DNA of 64,000 nucleotides from the human T2T-CHM13v2.0 reference genome, Homo sapiens (GCF_009914755.1 NC_060935.1), one strand, 5' to 3'. Shown: positions 1 through 13,476, counted from the first letter of the stretch. Made by a program: numbers and translations. Notes: generated from the sequence alone by a model not told the origin.

Positions 1-229
1 GGAAAGATGGGGGAAGACTCAAGCTTACATATGTGGAGAAAAAATGAGTGTCCCCCTGTATTGGCCTGTATACAAAAGGAGTGCATGGAAGCAAGAAAAT
101 AAATCTTCAAACAGAATATTTCTTATCACCAAGCATGTCCTTTTATCCAGGTTCTCAGAATTTTCTTTTGGTCCTAAGGAGTTACCATGTAGAAATACAG
201 AGGCAGACAGCCAAGGGCTGCAAACAGTC

Positions 230-360
230 CTACCACCTAGGTGGAAGCTCTGGATAAGTTGCTTAACTTCCTCATAATCAGTTTTTTCCATCTAAGACAT
301 GTTGAGTTGGAGAGTACATAAAGTCACCTGGCACCTATAGATGTCTAATAAATATGGATT
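230..360 (+). mobile_element. MIR fragment
   Basis: Degenerate MIR core (aagttgcttaacttcctc..cagtttt..catct) and cctggcac..aataaat tail. Confidence 0.6.
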
Positions 361-2029
361 ACTTTTTCTCATTCCCTAACAGAAATACCAGGTAAGAACC
401 AAGGTTGCGTTTGCTTAAATGTTTTTGTAAAACAAGGAGGGTTAATGAGCAGTATAAGCAAGGATACGAGGAACACACCTGAAATACAGTATTGAGTAAC
501 CGAAGGTGAATACAGGACTCTTAGAGCAATACAGGAAAGAAAAACGGCACTGTTCCTTTGGGAGATAAATTCTTTGTTTCATTCTCTTTTGCTCTTGTGA
601 CCTTCCTGTTTCTATGGTCCTTGCACATGCCCACTTGCTTCTGAATGCCCCAATGCCCAAGGCTCAGTGACACCTCATGAAGAATTTGGCTGCTGTAGGG
701 AGCTATATCCCAGCCACGCTGCTATCCTTCCACCCTAACTTCTCAGGCGAGTCCTCCCACTGGGACAACAGGCTCTTGAAACTTCTTGCAGCACATGCTG
801 TTGCCCTTACTTGGTTGGACGCCCCTGAGTCAGGCAGGCCCATACCATTCTAATTTTGCTTGTTATTTCTTTTATGAAATCCAAGATTGAGATAAAGAGG
901 GAAGGGTGCACATCCACAAGACTGCTGTGGCCTCCTAAAGAATTGTTCTATCTGAACGAATGTAATGAGAAAACTGCTAAGAAACTAAATGGCAATTCAC
1001 ACACTCACAAAGGTTCACTCAAAAGTCTTACATCCATAGTCTGTAAAATTTCTATTTGTCATAGAAAACAAACATAGAAGGCACTTTCTTTTAGTGGTTT
1101 TTCAGTTAACTGAGCTTCCAAAATATTATGTTCATCAACACGTTACACAGAGGACTATTGTATTTTCCTTATGGGCATAACATAAATAAAATATAAATAA
1201 TAAGTTATTTACATTGTAATGTAAATATCCATCTAACAAACATTTATTTTGTTTGTTTTTATTATTATTATTATAACCTTCTGTGGTTAAGCAATGAGCT
1301 AGATGAACAGAAATGCATACATGGAAGAAATTTTTATATTCTCTTGAATAGTATTTATTGATATAGTTTAGATACAGATTTCATGAATATACAGTGAAAT
1401 ATCCTGCCACATTTTTCAAGTGCATCACATTTAGCTTTCATAATATTTTTATAAACATAACATTTTCACCCTTAGTGCATTCTTTCTTCAAATTATTTTT
1501 GGCCAATCCCACCAAACTGCCATCTCTAGCTTTAAAAAAAAAAAGTGGGATTCCCCATTTAAGATGATGCTACACTTGCTATGGAAATATTGATTCTAAA
1601 AAGAAGGACTGAGATCAGGTAGTGTTGGACTCAAATGCCAAATAGAAGAGAAGCACATTAACGCCAGGATGATGAGTGTCCTCACATAAGGCCATCCTTT
1701 CTTATAGTTTCCAAGGTAAGTCATGTTTGCAGGGGTCTTTGGAGAGAAGAATGAGGAATAAGAATAAGAATGGAGAAGAGAAAGACAAGTAAGGTAGGAA
1801 AAATGTCTGTAGCTAAAATACACATTACATATCATTAATAAATTTTAAAAATTATTAAAACATGTTCATTTCAAAGAAAAGTAACACTTGTTAATAGGGT
1901 GCTGGGAGTCTAACACGAATTATTATTTGCCCATAGGAAGTAGGCTTAAAGATGAGAATATGGCATCTCAGAATATGAGATAACATATTCTCAAAGTGGT
2001 GATTAAATCATATATTACTGCTCAGTCTT

Positions 2030-2372
2030 AAAAAAAAAAATGAAATCATGTCTTTTGCAGCAACATGGATGGAACCGAATGCCATTGTCCTAAGGGAAAT
2101 AACCTCGAACTAGAAAGTCAAATACCACATATTCTCATTTATAAGTGGGAGCTAAGCAATGGGCACACACAGACATACAGAGTGGAAAAATAGACATTGG
2201 AGACTCCAAAAGGTGGGAGAGTGGGAGAAGAGTGACGGTTGAAAAATTCCCTGTTAAGTACAATGTTCACTATTTGGGTGATGGGTTCACCAAAAGCCCA
2301 GACTTTACCACTGTGCAATAGATGCATGTAAGAAATTTGCACTTATACCCCCTAAATCTGTAAAAACACTTT
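2030..2372 (+). mobile_element. L1 3' end fragment (L1PB-like)
   Basis: gaaatcatgtcttttgcagcaacatggatggaa..ataagtgggagcta..cacttataccccctaaatct, typical L1 ORF2 end and 3'UTR. Confidence 0.9.
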
Positions 2373-2539
2373 AAAAGAGTTGTGGTTAAAATATGTTGAT
2401 ACTTATGAGGAATCTCATAATGACTCAGTGAATAGACAAAGGCAGGAAAAAGTTAAAAATGCAGAAGGGAAGAAGACACACGGCACTGGCCATCAGTCCA
2501 CATGCTCTGGGGACATGAGTTCCATGGGGCTCCCACCAC

Positions 2540-2760
2540 TATTAGCTACTGGTTTTTGAATACTTCTCAAATGCCCGGTGCATTGCACGATTTACATATA
2601 TTCTCATTTAATTCTCAATGGCATAATGAGGTGGGTAATATTTTCCCCATTTTAATCAATTTTCTAAATAAGGATGTGAGACATAGAGAAGTGGCATGTC
2701 TAAGCTCACATACTCAGGAAAGGTAGAGGCAGGGTCTAAGCCAGGACCCAAGCTTGCCTT
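2540..2760 (-). mobile_element. MIR
   Basis: ctcatttaattctc..aatgaggtggg..ccccatttt, reverse MIR pattern. Confidence 0.65.
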
Positions 2761-5714
2761 GTGTTGCTTACCTCTGATCAGTTTCAATCCAAAATTCAAA
2801 GTGGGAAATCTAGTTGTAAGGAAACAAGGGTTGCTTCAGAATATTTTCTCCATCTACAGTAGTGACTCTTATTATTCATTGGGTCTCAGACTCCTATAAC
2901 AATTTTATAAAAGTGGTAGACCCTCTCCTTAGAGAGAGGCATATATGTTCATAATTGTGTGCATGTGTACTTTTCAGGGATTTCAAAACTCTTCAAAACC
3001 AAGGCTAAGAAACTGCGAACTAAAAGTTGCCACTAAAAAGGGACCTAGATCACAGATAGAACCTGACCGGGATGAGTGCACAGAAATGTCTCCTTGGCCA
3101 ACCCAACCCAGTTGGTGCAAATCCTCTAGTGTAAGCAACTCTTTACAAGCATAGAATTGACCCTTAATAGGACTAGTCATGATGGACAGAGATCCCCAAT
3201 GATAAAGGTATTCACAAAGAACACAGGTTACAACCCAATTCTTGAGGGACCCTTGAGTGAGCCAGATGCAGTGTGCAAGGGAGAAGGAAGAACGTTGCTA
3301 GAATGAATGTCAACTTTACAGTTGGGCTGTGCCTCTTGGTCATGACCTTGAGGCTCGGAGAATTGGCTCAGACAGTTCTGAACAGAGTAGCCATTTTACA
3401 GACAGCCCACAGCCCAGCAGGTCACCGCTCTCTAACTCTGCCATCATGACACCGCCATCTGCAGCCACTGAGCTGAGATTTCTCAAGACCAAATTTATCA
3501 CGCCCGAGATTCCATTCTTACATAAGAATCACCTGTTGCTGATGCATAAATTTCGGCACCTAGCAGAGCCAAGGGTAATCAGGATTTAAAAGGAAGAGGC
3601 CTGAATAAATTCAAGCAGATTTCCTCTCTGTGGGACTGAGTCTTGAAAAACCTTTGTGCCCTCATCTGCCCCTCAACAGAGACTGTCATTTTTCTACTTT
3701 CTGTCTGCATCACTATTGTCGAGGGAATGATGCTCTCAGAGCCACAGGCAATCTGTCTTCTTGGAGGTTCTGTTCCAGCTCTGACCTCGGTTTGTTGCAG
3801 TTTATGTCTCTTCTCACAAGTTTCAGCTTGCTCTCATCACCAGCTAAATTAACCATAAAGCAAAACCTTGACTCACATTACTGAAGCCTCAGAGAAATTG
3901 GTAGAAGCCCGGAGTGATGCATCACTATATCAAATAAAGCACTTTGGATCAATGAGAAGATTCCCTTGTCTTGAAACCTTGGAATGAATGTACAGGTGTG
4001 CTAGATGACAGCAAAGAAAATGCCATTTGAAAGCATTGGAAGGAAGGAGAGTTGTCTAAGAAGTGGTGGGATAGGGACAACACTGGATGGTGGGAAGCAT
4101 CTAGGAAGGAGGGTATTTCCGAAACTAAAAAAGGGCCAAGGCCAAGAAAATCACCTACAGTTCTATTCAGTGAAATGTGGGGAAATTAAATTAGGGTTAA
4201 CAAATATCTGAGAAGGTCTGCATCTGTGACCTTGGGCAAATAGTTTCCTTCTCTGGGTTTCCATCTGTAAAATGCAGGAACAGAATGGAGGCTTCTTCCA
4301 GCACTAGCATGCCAGGATGGAAGGTAGAAGAAAAGGCCTTTGAAGCCAACATAATTACTCCTCTGTCCAGAGAAATATAAACAACAATAACTCCAACAGC
4401 CTTCAGCTCTGCTTTTGAATGAGTTCTTTGCTTCTGCCTGAGAGGTAAAGTAGTTCATTCCTTGGGGAAAAGTTGAATGTGGAATGCTAGGCCATGCCCT
4501 TCTCACTTTGGTTTCATTATGTTATTTCGAATTATTAATACAAAGAACATTCAATGTAAGTTAACAAGGCTTTACTGAGTACCATGTATCCAGGCCTGCA
4601 GTTGGTCCTCTAGGGTAGATGAAGAAAGAGTGTGGGACAAGTTCAGGGTCTTCAATTCCCTTAATCTCCCTTAACAGAGGTTTGCATGTCCCACTTCAAA
4701 AGCCAAGCACAAAATCAGCAAAAATGAGGCTAATTGTTTAAATACATCTTACTTCTCTGTATTTACATAAGCAATTGAATTGAATGAAATTTGCTAATTT
4801 TGATGCTCTTACTAATACATACTGCATATGTGTTTCGTATCTTTGTTGTGTATGTCTATGAGAAGCCTCACTTTGGCATTTATAGGGTGTGCATTGGCTT
4901 GATTCTAGTCAGATGCCTCTGGGTGAAACAGAAATAAAAGTCAATCAACAAACTTTTGACTTTTCAAGCAAACACATGCTTATACATTTTGAAGTTCCAC
5001 TGAAGTGCAATCTCTGTATGACGTGAAAGCAAACTAAATGAATCATTTTGTGGAAACTACTCTAATTCCTGAGTATGCACATTGGTTAATATTTTTGCAT
5101 ATCTCTGGAACACCAATGCTGCTTCATATTAATTACTGGCAATGTACTATTATTCTTTAATGAGTACTTATTTTTTGATACCAAGTAGATGATCAATTAT
5201 GACACCTTCCTCAGACTCTTGTCTTCCTTTGAGGTTTTCTAAAACCAATCAATCAATTTGTTGTAAATGGCAATCACATCCAAAATATGCCTTGGGTACA
5301 AAACAGAACTTTTCAAGAAGTTAAGATGATCCAAATGAGGTTTTTCCAATGCAAATTATCGTCATGACCACCTGAAAGTACTTTTCTTAAATGTTCTCTA
5401 TAAATACTCCTGTGTACTTTCAATTACATGTATGTAAACACGTAAGGATGATATAAACCATGATTCCAGTTACATATTTCTAAGCACCAAGAATGAGGCA
5501 CCAAGAATTAAGGTGCATTATTCTTACTTAAGAACTAATGTACTATAATATACCATATTGCTATGTTTTTCTTCCAATACCCCAAAGCACTATTTTTGGA
5601 ACTTGGGTGTTCAGAATTGAGCTGATTATTATATTCTTCGGTTCATGAAATGTCAAAGCACTTTTATTCTGCTGCCCGTATGGTGAACACAGTAAGAAAA
5701 GAGAGGCAGGTATT

Positions 5715-5820
5715 TAGGGTGACCAACTATCCTAGTTTTCCCCAGGACTGAGAGGCTTTTGGGACATAGCACTTGCCATGGGAGTGGCCAAGGCAAATAA
5801 GGGACAAGTTGGCCATCCTG
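5715..5820. mobile_element. hAT-Blackjack MITE (MER94/MER81-like) with 8-bp TSD, inside a MIR
   Basis: TIRs TAGGGTGACCAACT / AGTTGGCCATCCTG; perfect CAGGTATT duplication at 5707-5714 and 5821-5828. Confidence 0.85.
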
Positions 5821-6354
5821 CAGGTATTATCATTCCCGTTTATAATTGGAGAAACAAACGTACAGAGAAGCAGAATGTGTTGCCCAGCTTACCCAGGAAG
5901 TGAGAAGCAGATGTGGGACTGAGTCCTATGTGTTCTAACGACAGCCAGTTCACAACTACACAGATCAGTACTACTTCTTCTGCACCTTACTTTCTCCTTG
6001 AACTTTAAGAAAACCCACGTTGTCTTTGCCTTTTTGTGTGCTACCCTTCCAAAAGTGCTAGGTTGAATACCATGGGCAGTACTGAATGGGGCCCTTTGTC
6101 TATGCTGCAAATTACTCAGGAGAAACAACATTGCCACTTTGTGTTTTAGAGAGAGGAATGAGACGTTATAATTATCACAGCGCTCTAAAGCAGAGGAAGC
6201 ACTAGTACAAGTTCTGTCTACCCACCAATTATCTGTTAAGACCACTAAGATATCTGGTCTTGACTGGGCCAGATGTATAATTTCATGAAACAAATCAACC
6301 TAAATGAACCTCAGGAAAAATGGCCAGGTAACCACCTTTTGAACCACTATACGC

Positions 6355-6610
6355 TGACAGCTAACATTTACTGAAGGCTTACAGTGTGCTGGGCGCTGTG
6401 CTTAGAGCTTTATAGGGATTAATTCAATTAAGGCTCACAACAATAATTCCATGAATTTGCAATTATTGTTCCCATTTCACATGTAAGAAAAAGGAGGCTG
6501 AGAGAGGTTAAGTAATTCACCAAAGCCCACACAGCTGATACAGGTTGGAACTTGGATTTAACCCCAAGCAGTCTGACTCCAAAACAAGTGCTTTTAGCCA
6601 CCCAGTACAT
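6355..6610 (-). mobile_element. MIR, near full length
   Basis: agctaacatttactga..cccatttcac..gaggctgagagaggttaagtaa..cagtctgactccaaa. Confidence 0.85.
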
Positions 6611-7269
6611 CACTTTTAATAAAAACAACCAAACAATGTTTAATCTGTCCAAACAGTGTTCTGACTTCCAATCACTGAGGCAGTTTATTAGGGTAGATCC
6701 AAAACTAGCTAGACTGCAAATTACTGTGAAGCAAAGCAGGTATGTCTGTCTACCTGTTTAGGTCAAAAGGTATGAGGCTTTCTGGTCATAGGCATTAAAG
6801 GATCTGAAGGGAGACATTTTAATCTGTTGATTAATTTAGGAGATTAACTGCCCTGCCAAGCTGCTGTCATGTCTTCAGTACCTCTATTTCCTTCTCTGAA
6901 AAATGTAAATAATACATCCTGAGCTTCTATAAGAAATGACGGTGTAAAACAACAGAAAGCACTAAGCAAACTGTAAAGTGCTTTAAAACAATTATTTCAT
7001 ATGTTAAGCAGCTTACAAAATAGCAATTTCTTCAAATGCCCTTGCAAAGCAAATGAGACACAGCTGCTAAAATGCTCTGCAAAGAGGCGGAAATCCAGCT
7101 CTTTAAAATGTCCAAGGGGAAAACGCACACTGTAAAATTACTCCAAAGATGAATTTTACAAGAAGGATGGAAGTGTCATCAAGTTTTTCCATGGTTAATT
7201 CTAAAAGAGTGCCAGCATCGAAAAGATAAAAAAAGGCAGTTCTTCAACAGAAACCTGGGAAAATATTCT

Positions 7270-7860
7270 TCAATGACGTTGCATAATAGAAATAGGAATT
7301 AAACTTACCTGAGGAGCAGAAGCGAGGAAGCCAAGTTTATGAGTTCTTCTCAATTTTGTCCAAAGACAAGTCTGTTGGGAATAAAAAATATTAAGAGAAC
7401 TTAAAAAAGGAAAAAGGAAAAGGGAAAAAAAAAGGAAAGTCAAGAAGGATGAGCTGTCGTGGAATGCTGTGAAGTTTGAGAGTGACTCAGCACTAGCTAA
7501 GGGGCAGCAACAATTAAATGAGTTTGTTGAAAGAACCCTAATAAAACTCAGCATTCCCTGTAATCTCAGAACAAGGTTGCACCACTAAAGAAAATGTTAA
7601 ACTGTGCATTAGGGGGGCTGTGGTTTCATGAAGTTGGTTGGGGGTGGGGGAACTCAGGGCTGAGTCACTGGCTCCTTGGAGGCAGCACCATTGGGTCTCT
7701 GCCCTCTTGCCTGTTTCTCTCCCTCTCTCCAGGGAGTTCAGTTCCTCTACAATTAGCCAAAAGAAGCAAGTGAGCTGGCCATTGAACGATGACAAATTGT
7801 GATTCACTTGTAGCATAAATTATAAAATACATACACTGTATAAATAAGTCCTGAGATGGA
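7270..7860. promoter_or_regulatory. Putative enhancer around exon 2
   Basis: TGACTCAGCA 7483-7492, GCTGAGTCA 7659-7667, TEAD GGAATG 7461 and CATTCC 7552, C/EBP-like TTGCATAA ~7279, SOX ACAAT motifs; no recognisable repeat. Confidence 0.55.
7309..7371 (-). ncRNA. MIR100HG: 63-nt internal exon (exon 2) of MIR100HG
   Basis: Minus strand: long pyrimidine tract, then TATTTTTTATTCCCAACAG| acceptor and CCTCAG|GTAAGT consensus donor. Contains AACTTGGCTTCCTCGCTTCT, recalled as MIR100HG sequence. Confidence 0.82.
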
Positions 7861-8681
7861 GAGGGGAAAAGAACTTCTGCCACATCTGGGCCCACGAGAA
7901 TCATGAGTGCAGGTGCCTGTTTCTAGATGGAAGAGCAACTAGGTTATCCAAAATGGATGCTGAGCAGATTTTTAAAATTCTCTGGGAAAAAGAAGATCAC
8001 AATTCCTCCTAGTAACTAATTTATATCTTTAGTTACTCTTTCTAGCCATTAAGCCCCATGCTAAAACTACCCTAAATCTCTCCTGTTCTAAACTGGCCTT
8101 GGTGGTTGCGGGTGGGCAAATTGTTTTTTCATTATTGAAAAATATAAATCCTTCATATATTTGCACAGAGTTATTCTTATACTAAGCTCAGAATGGAAAC
8201 CAGGCAGTTCTCCTCTCCCTTCCAGAATGAGAATTCTCCACCTCTCCATCCAAGTTACAGAAAGAAAGAAACATTTTGAGGCTCTGGCATCATGTTTTCC
8301 TGTTTTCATGGGGTCAGCTATAGACTCAGTGAAGAGTTTACATGTTCACGTCTTTAAAAAAACACTCAAAGGGTTAAAAACTGGAGGTTTGACATTTCCA
8401 TAATAAGTGTTCTAAATGCTTGTATTGATATATATTTTGTTCTAGAATAAACTCAGGTACAAAATATAATATTTGTAAGTTGTTCTGCCAGCCAAACTGT
8501 TCTCCTTCATTTATAAATGAAGTTGCTAAGTGTTCAACAACTGATTGCCATAAATGAATGGGGTATGACATCCTTCCAAGTCTCCAAAGAGTTGCTACAA
8601 CTTGGTTTTCCCCTTGGGAGAAAAAAAAAGTTATTGTTCTAATTGATTTTTTCTGTTCTGAATAGAAAAAAATAAATTAGA

Positions 8682-8800
8682 TCCTTCCTTCCTTCCTTCC
8701 TCCCTCCCTCCTTCTTTCCTTCTTTCTTTCTTTTCTTTCTTTCTTTCTCTTTCTTTTTTCTTTTCTTTTTTTTCTTTCTGTTTTCCTATTTCTGCATTCC
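8682..8800. repeat. (TTCC)n/(TTTC)n polypyrimidine tract
   Basis: Directly visible. Confidence 0.95.
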
Positions 8801-9795
8801 TACAGGAAGAGAGAAGGAATATTGTGCTTTTCATCAACCACAGCAAGAGTCATTTGAGTTTGAAACACAGCTAGTTTTTAAGGAAACTATACCATGGTCT
8901 TCTGGAATGGGAAAAGCTTTTTCTTTCAAGGGACAAAAGGTGAGATTTTCTTTTTGTCTTCAGCCTTTACCAGTACAAAAGAGTGAACCATCTCTACATA
9001 CATGTTCAGAGGCAAATCCGATGACTAATTGCAGAGTAAGCAAATTTCTTGATTCTGATCAAACCAGCAACATGCATTTGAATTTAGGTTGGATTTAGAT
9101 GAGCAAGTCAATAACTTAGAATAGTGAAGACTGAGGACTTAGGAATCAAATCCCATGGTGACCTTGGTAAGGATTTTGCTCTTTTATGGACAGCTTAGTA
9201 GATAAGGTCAGTCTTTTAATTTACTTAACAAATTGCAGACAGCTCTCCCATTGTAGCATTCAATCATTTCCTCCCAACTCAATTTCCTCATTCATACAAT
9301 TGGGTTAATACAACTTACTCTGCAGGGCTATCATAAGGACTAAATACAATGTGTATCTAACATGCTTACTACAGTACCTGGCACATAAAAGCTGGACGAA
9401 TTGTTTCTTTCAATTCATTCTTTAAATTCATGCTTGATAAACTGATGCTGGCTATAGTAATCTTCTGTCACCCCCCACCCACAACACACACATACAAACC
9501 ACACACACACACAGCAGCTAACTAAGAACAGCGCCCTAATTTTGTCAATTTTATGGAATTTTTCTTAAGGAATCCCATCACCATCTTATACCTACTACAG
9601 TAATGTATTAGTCACTTACCATGGGCCATGCATTGCCCTAAGTTACTTTACATGGACAATATCACTTCATTTCCCCTACAACCCTATGAGCTCAATACTA
9701 TGGTTATTCCCCTTTTGCTTCAAATTCACTTGATCACTAATATGAAAGAATCTTAAAAAGTATTTTTAAAACATCTATCTTATACGTTTTATTAT

Positions 9796-10143
9796 TACAA
9801 TGGACTGAATATAAGTGCCCCTCCAATATTTATATCTTGAAATCCTAACCCCCAATGTGACGGTATTAGGAGGTGGGGCTTTTGGGAAAAAATTAGGTTA
9901 TGAGGGTGGAGCCCTCATGAATGGCATTAGTGTCCTTATAAAAGGGACTGCAGAGAGTTCTCTTTCCACCATGTGAGGATACAACAAAAAGTTGGCAGTG
10001 TATAACTCAGGAGAGGAACCTGCACAACCAGGCGGGTACTCTGATATTGAACCTACAGACTCCAGAAATGTCAGAAATAAGTTCCTGTTGTTTATAAGCC
10101 ACCCAGTTTATACTATTTTGTTATAGCAGCCCAAACTAAGATC
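9796..10143 (+). mobile_element. MaLR solo LTR (MLT1A-like)
   Basis: atggactgaat..gaaatcctaacccccaatgtga..agggtggagccctcatgaatgg..gtttataagccacccagttt..ttatagcagcccaaactaaga. Confidence 0.88.
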
Positions 10144-10929
10144 ATTACAATTGCAAAACATTTATGAAATAGCTTACTGAGTTGTGTTTTGTAAATTTTG
10201 TTCAAGCAAAGCACTAAAATATAGTTTTTAACCTCCAAAAAGTGACTTTTTTTTATACCAGAGAAGAAACAGAATTTAGATTAAAGGGTCCACTATGTCT
10301 TTTTAAAAAATCATATAGGTGCTTCCTATCTCTGATTTAAGTTTATGTACTTATTATAAATAAGAATAGTGGAAGCTCCTGTTTATATCTGTTTAAGATT
10401 TGCAGCCAATATCTACAAAGTACCAAATTGACAACACTGATAAGATGATGGGGGCCAATCATCTTGTTGAAATGAAGAGAAAGAGATGGCTAAAGATTTT
10501 TCATAGAAATTACTCCACCCACATATAACATCTAAAAAAGTTACATTTATGCACATTTAATTGGCAAATAGAAAAATTTATATATAAATATCCCTATTTT
10601 TGAATAAATCTGAAGGTTAATGAAGCAATGAAGAATGCCTGTGCTTAATACAGAGACATTCACCAGGAAAAGAAGTGTCCCTAGTTGAAAAGATATTAGA
10701 TCCCTATTCTAAAATCTCAATTGCTTCATGCAGAAAAACTCCTAAAATAGAACATTTATGGCATACTTTTTGTATTATGTTTGGCTGTGTTTTATTTTTT
10801 GAATAAATACTTATAGAGGCATATACCTGGGCTTCATTTTCTTTTGAACAATTTTTGAGATTGTGTGAGATAATGTTTCCTACTTCATGGAGAAACTAGG
10901 TGATAAAAAGGAATTTTACAGAGGGCCTT

Positions 10930-12750
10930 ACTGCTATATCTACTTCATCCCCAAGCAGCATTACTACCCTAAATATGCCTGTTACTATGGATGGAAATAA
11001 TCTATATTCTCTTTGAAGCCAAATCTTCCACTTGGACATTAGATACTATCACTGTTTTCTGACTCAACAAAATTGCTTAAGGAATTCTTGCTATCTTTCC
11101 TAAAACATGAATCTCTCTCTCTCTACTGGACCATTTCCATCAGCACATAACCATATTGTAATTTCTCCTAATCAAAAACAGCAGCAATAACAAACCCCTT
11201 AGGTTGACCTCACTTTCCCCAGGTGTTTTCATCCAATTTCTTTACTTCCCTTTGCAGGAACCTCAAGAGTTGGATTTCCTCACTGTTTCAAGTTCCTCTC
11301 CTACCATTCCCCATTAAGCTACTTAAACCAGGCTTTAACTATCACAACTCTACCAAATTATGTTCTTGTTCAGGTCACCAGTGTTGCTCAGTTGGAAAAT
11401 TCAATGAGTGACTTTCAGTATTCATCATACTGGATCTATCAGCAATATTTGTCACTACTTTTGACTCCCCTCTACTTGATGCACTTCATTCTCTTGGTTT
11501 TTAGGACACCACAACCTCCTAGTTTTTCTTCTGCCTTGATAGTCACACCTCAGTCTCCACTTATAATTCTGAGGACCCCCAGAGCTGAGTCCCAGTCTTC
11601 TCTACTTTATTTATACACACTCACTTGATAATATCACTCAGCCTCACAGTTTGTAATCCCAACATGTTGGTGACTCCTAGGTCTCCATCTTTGGCTGGGG
11701 GAAGTTGACATTCTGGTTAGCTCCAAATATGCATGATCAACAACCAACTTGACATCTATAATTTGGTGTCTAATAGTCATTTCAATACCAGTATGTCCAA
11801 AACCTAAAACCCAATATTCCTCACAAACTGGCTCTTCCTATAGCCATCTCAGTCAATAGCATCTCAATCCATATCTCAACCCATAGCTATATTTCTAGTT
11901 GCTCAAGCCAAAACTTTGCTTTCTTTTCAACTCACACTCCATATCCAATCTATCACAAAATCCTATTGAATTTTGATTTCAATATATATCCATATGCAGA
12001 CTACTTCTCATAACCTCTACTGACCAACCTATGGCCTGAGCCACATCATCTTTTTCTTGGGTTACTGGCACGGCCTCCTAATTAGTCTGTTTGCTTCTAT
12101 CCTTGCCCTGCTCATCTAGTCTCTACATAATATCCTGAAAGACCCTTGTTAAAAAGTCAACTCTTCCTCAGCACCTTGAAGTAACACCCATTTCACTCAG
12201 ATTAATGCCAAAGTCTTCTATCAGTAACCTGCAAAGCCTCATGGGGCCTCACCCTTGCCTCTCTGTTATCTCTCTGACCTATAATGCATTCCCTTCCATC
12301 TCTTTGAATCAGCCATGCTGGCTTCTTTGCTGTTCATTAAATGCGCCAGGCAGTCTCCTGCCACTGGGCCTTTGCACAGGCTGTTCTCTCTGCCAGTGAT
12401 ACTCTTCCCTGGATATATACTTACAGTCTCACCTGCCTCAGATATTTGCTCAATTGACACTCCTATTTAAAATTGCAACTGTGCACATGGTCCTCCTCTG
12501 CCAGTGCCCCACCCCAGTCTTAAACCTAATCACTCTGCTTTATTTTCATCTTTTCCATAGAATGTACTATGAAGAATATAATATATTGGCTTATGTACTG
12601 TTTACTGTCTGTCTCCCTGTGCTAGAATGTAGATTCTGCAAGGGTAGGGATTGGTGTCTGTCTTGGTCATGTCTTTTTTTAAGTCCCTAGAATAGTGCTT
12701 AGCATAGGAAGTCACACAATGGGTGTTGAACTGAATTGAATAAAATGAGC
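10930..12750 (+). mobile_element. Long L2 fragment with 3' end
   Basis: Pyrimidine-rich L2 body ending in ctagaatgtagattc..agggtagggatt..cctagaatagtgcttagcatag..gttgaactgaat. Confidence 0.85.
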
Positions 12751-13274
12751 TTCCAGGAAAAGAACCAGAATTGATAACATTGTACCTATATGAAATAAGA
12801 ACTTGACTTAAAAGAACTTGATAGAGAATTACTGTCTACTGACTGATTAAATCACAAAGCAAGAGGGTAGAATACCTGAATACACGGCCTGTTTGTTGGA
12901 AAAGAGATGACAACCTGGAATGACCACCTGAAAGAAAATGAAAACATATCTCCTCTCCCTTTTTTTAAAAGATTCTGGCAATATATTTTCAGATGACTCC
13001 AGAAGGAGCTTGGAACAGACCACAATAATATGTCCTACAAAGTCATGAAGGAGCTGAGCTTAAAACTTAACCTAAAAAAAAATCTGTTTCTCTATATCTA
13101 GGGTTCATTGTAGTTCTATACAGACACTCTGACCCATAGATGTCTGCCTGTGGCTTGTGCTATTGATGGCTTATCTACGTCCTATTTCATTAAATCAGTC
13201 TCAGAAAAGAGCAGCAGTCCCACGGAATGTTTATTTTCACCAGGCTTGGCAATCTTAAGGAAAATCAAGTAGCA

Positions 13275-13476
13275 CAGTGTTCTCAAGGTATAGTCCCCGT
13301 CCTGTGGCATTAGCACCACCTAGAAACTTGTGATAATTGCAAGTTCTTGGGATCCACCCCACCCCCAAATTAGAATTTACAAAATCAGAAGAAATTTTAA
13401 GGGTAGTACCCAGCCATCTGTGATTTAACAAGTCCTCCAGATGACTCTGATGCCCATTCAGGTTTGAGAGCCATTG
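13275..13476. mobile_element. MER5A (hAT-Charlie MITE)
   Basis: cagtgttctcaagg..ttaacaagtcctccagatgactctgatgc..tttgagagccattg. Confidence 0.8.

Noticed and set aside
383-391. 9-nt micro-exon-like signal CTAACAG|AAATACCAG|GTAAGA (plus)
   Set aside because: Antisense to the host gene, abuts a MIR tail, no partner exons; likely chance.
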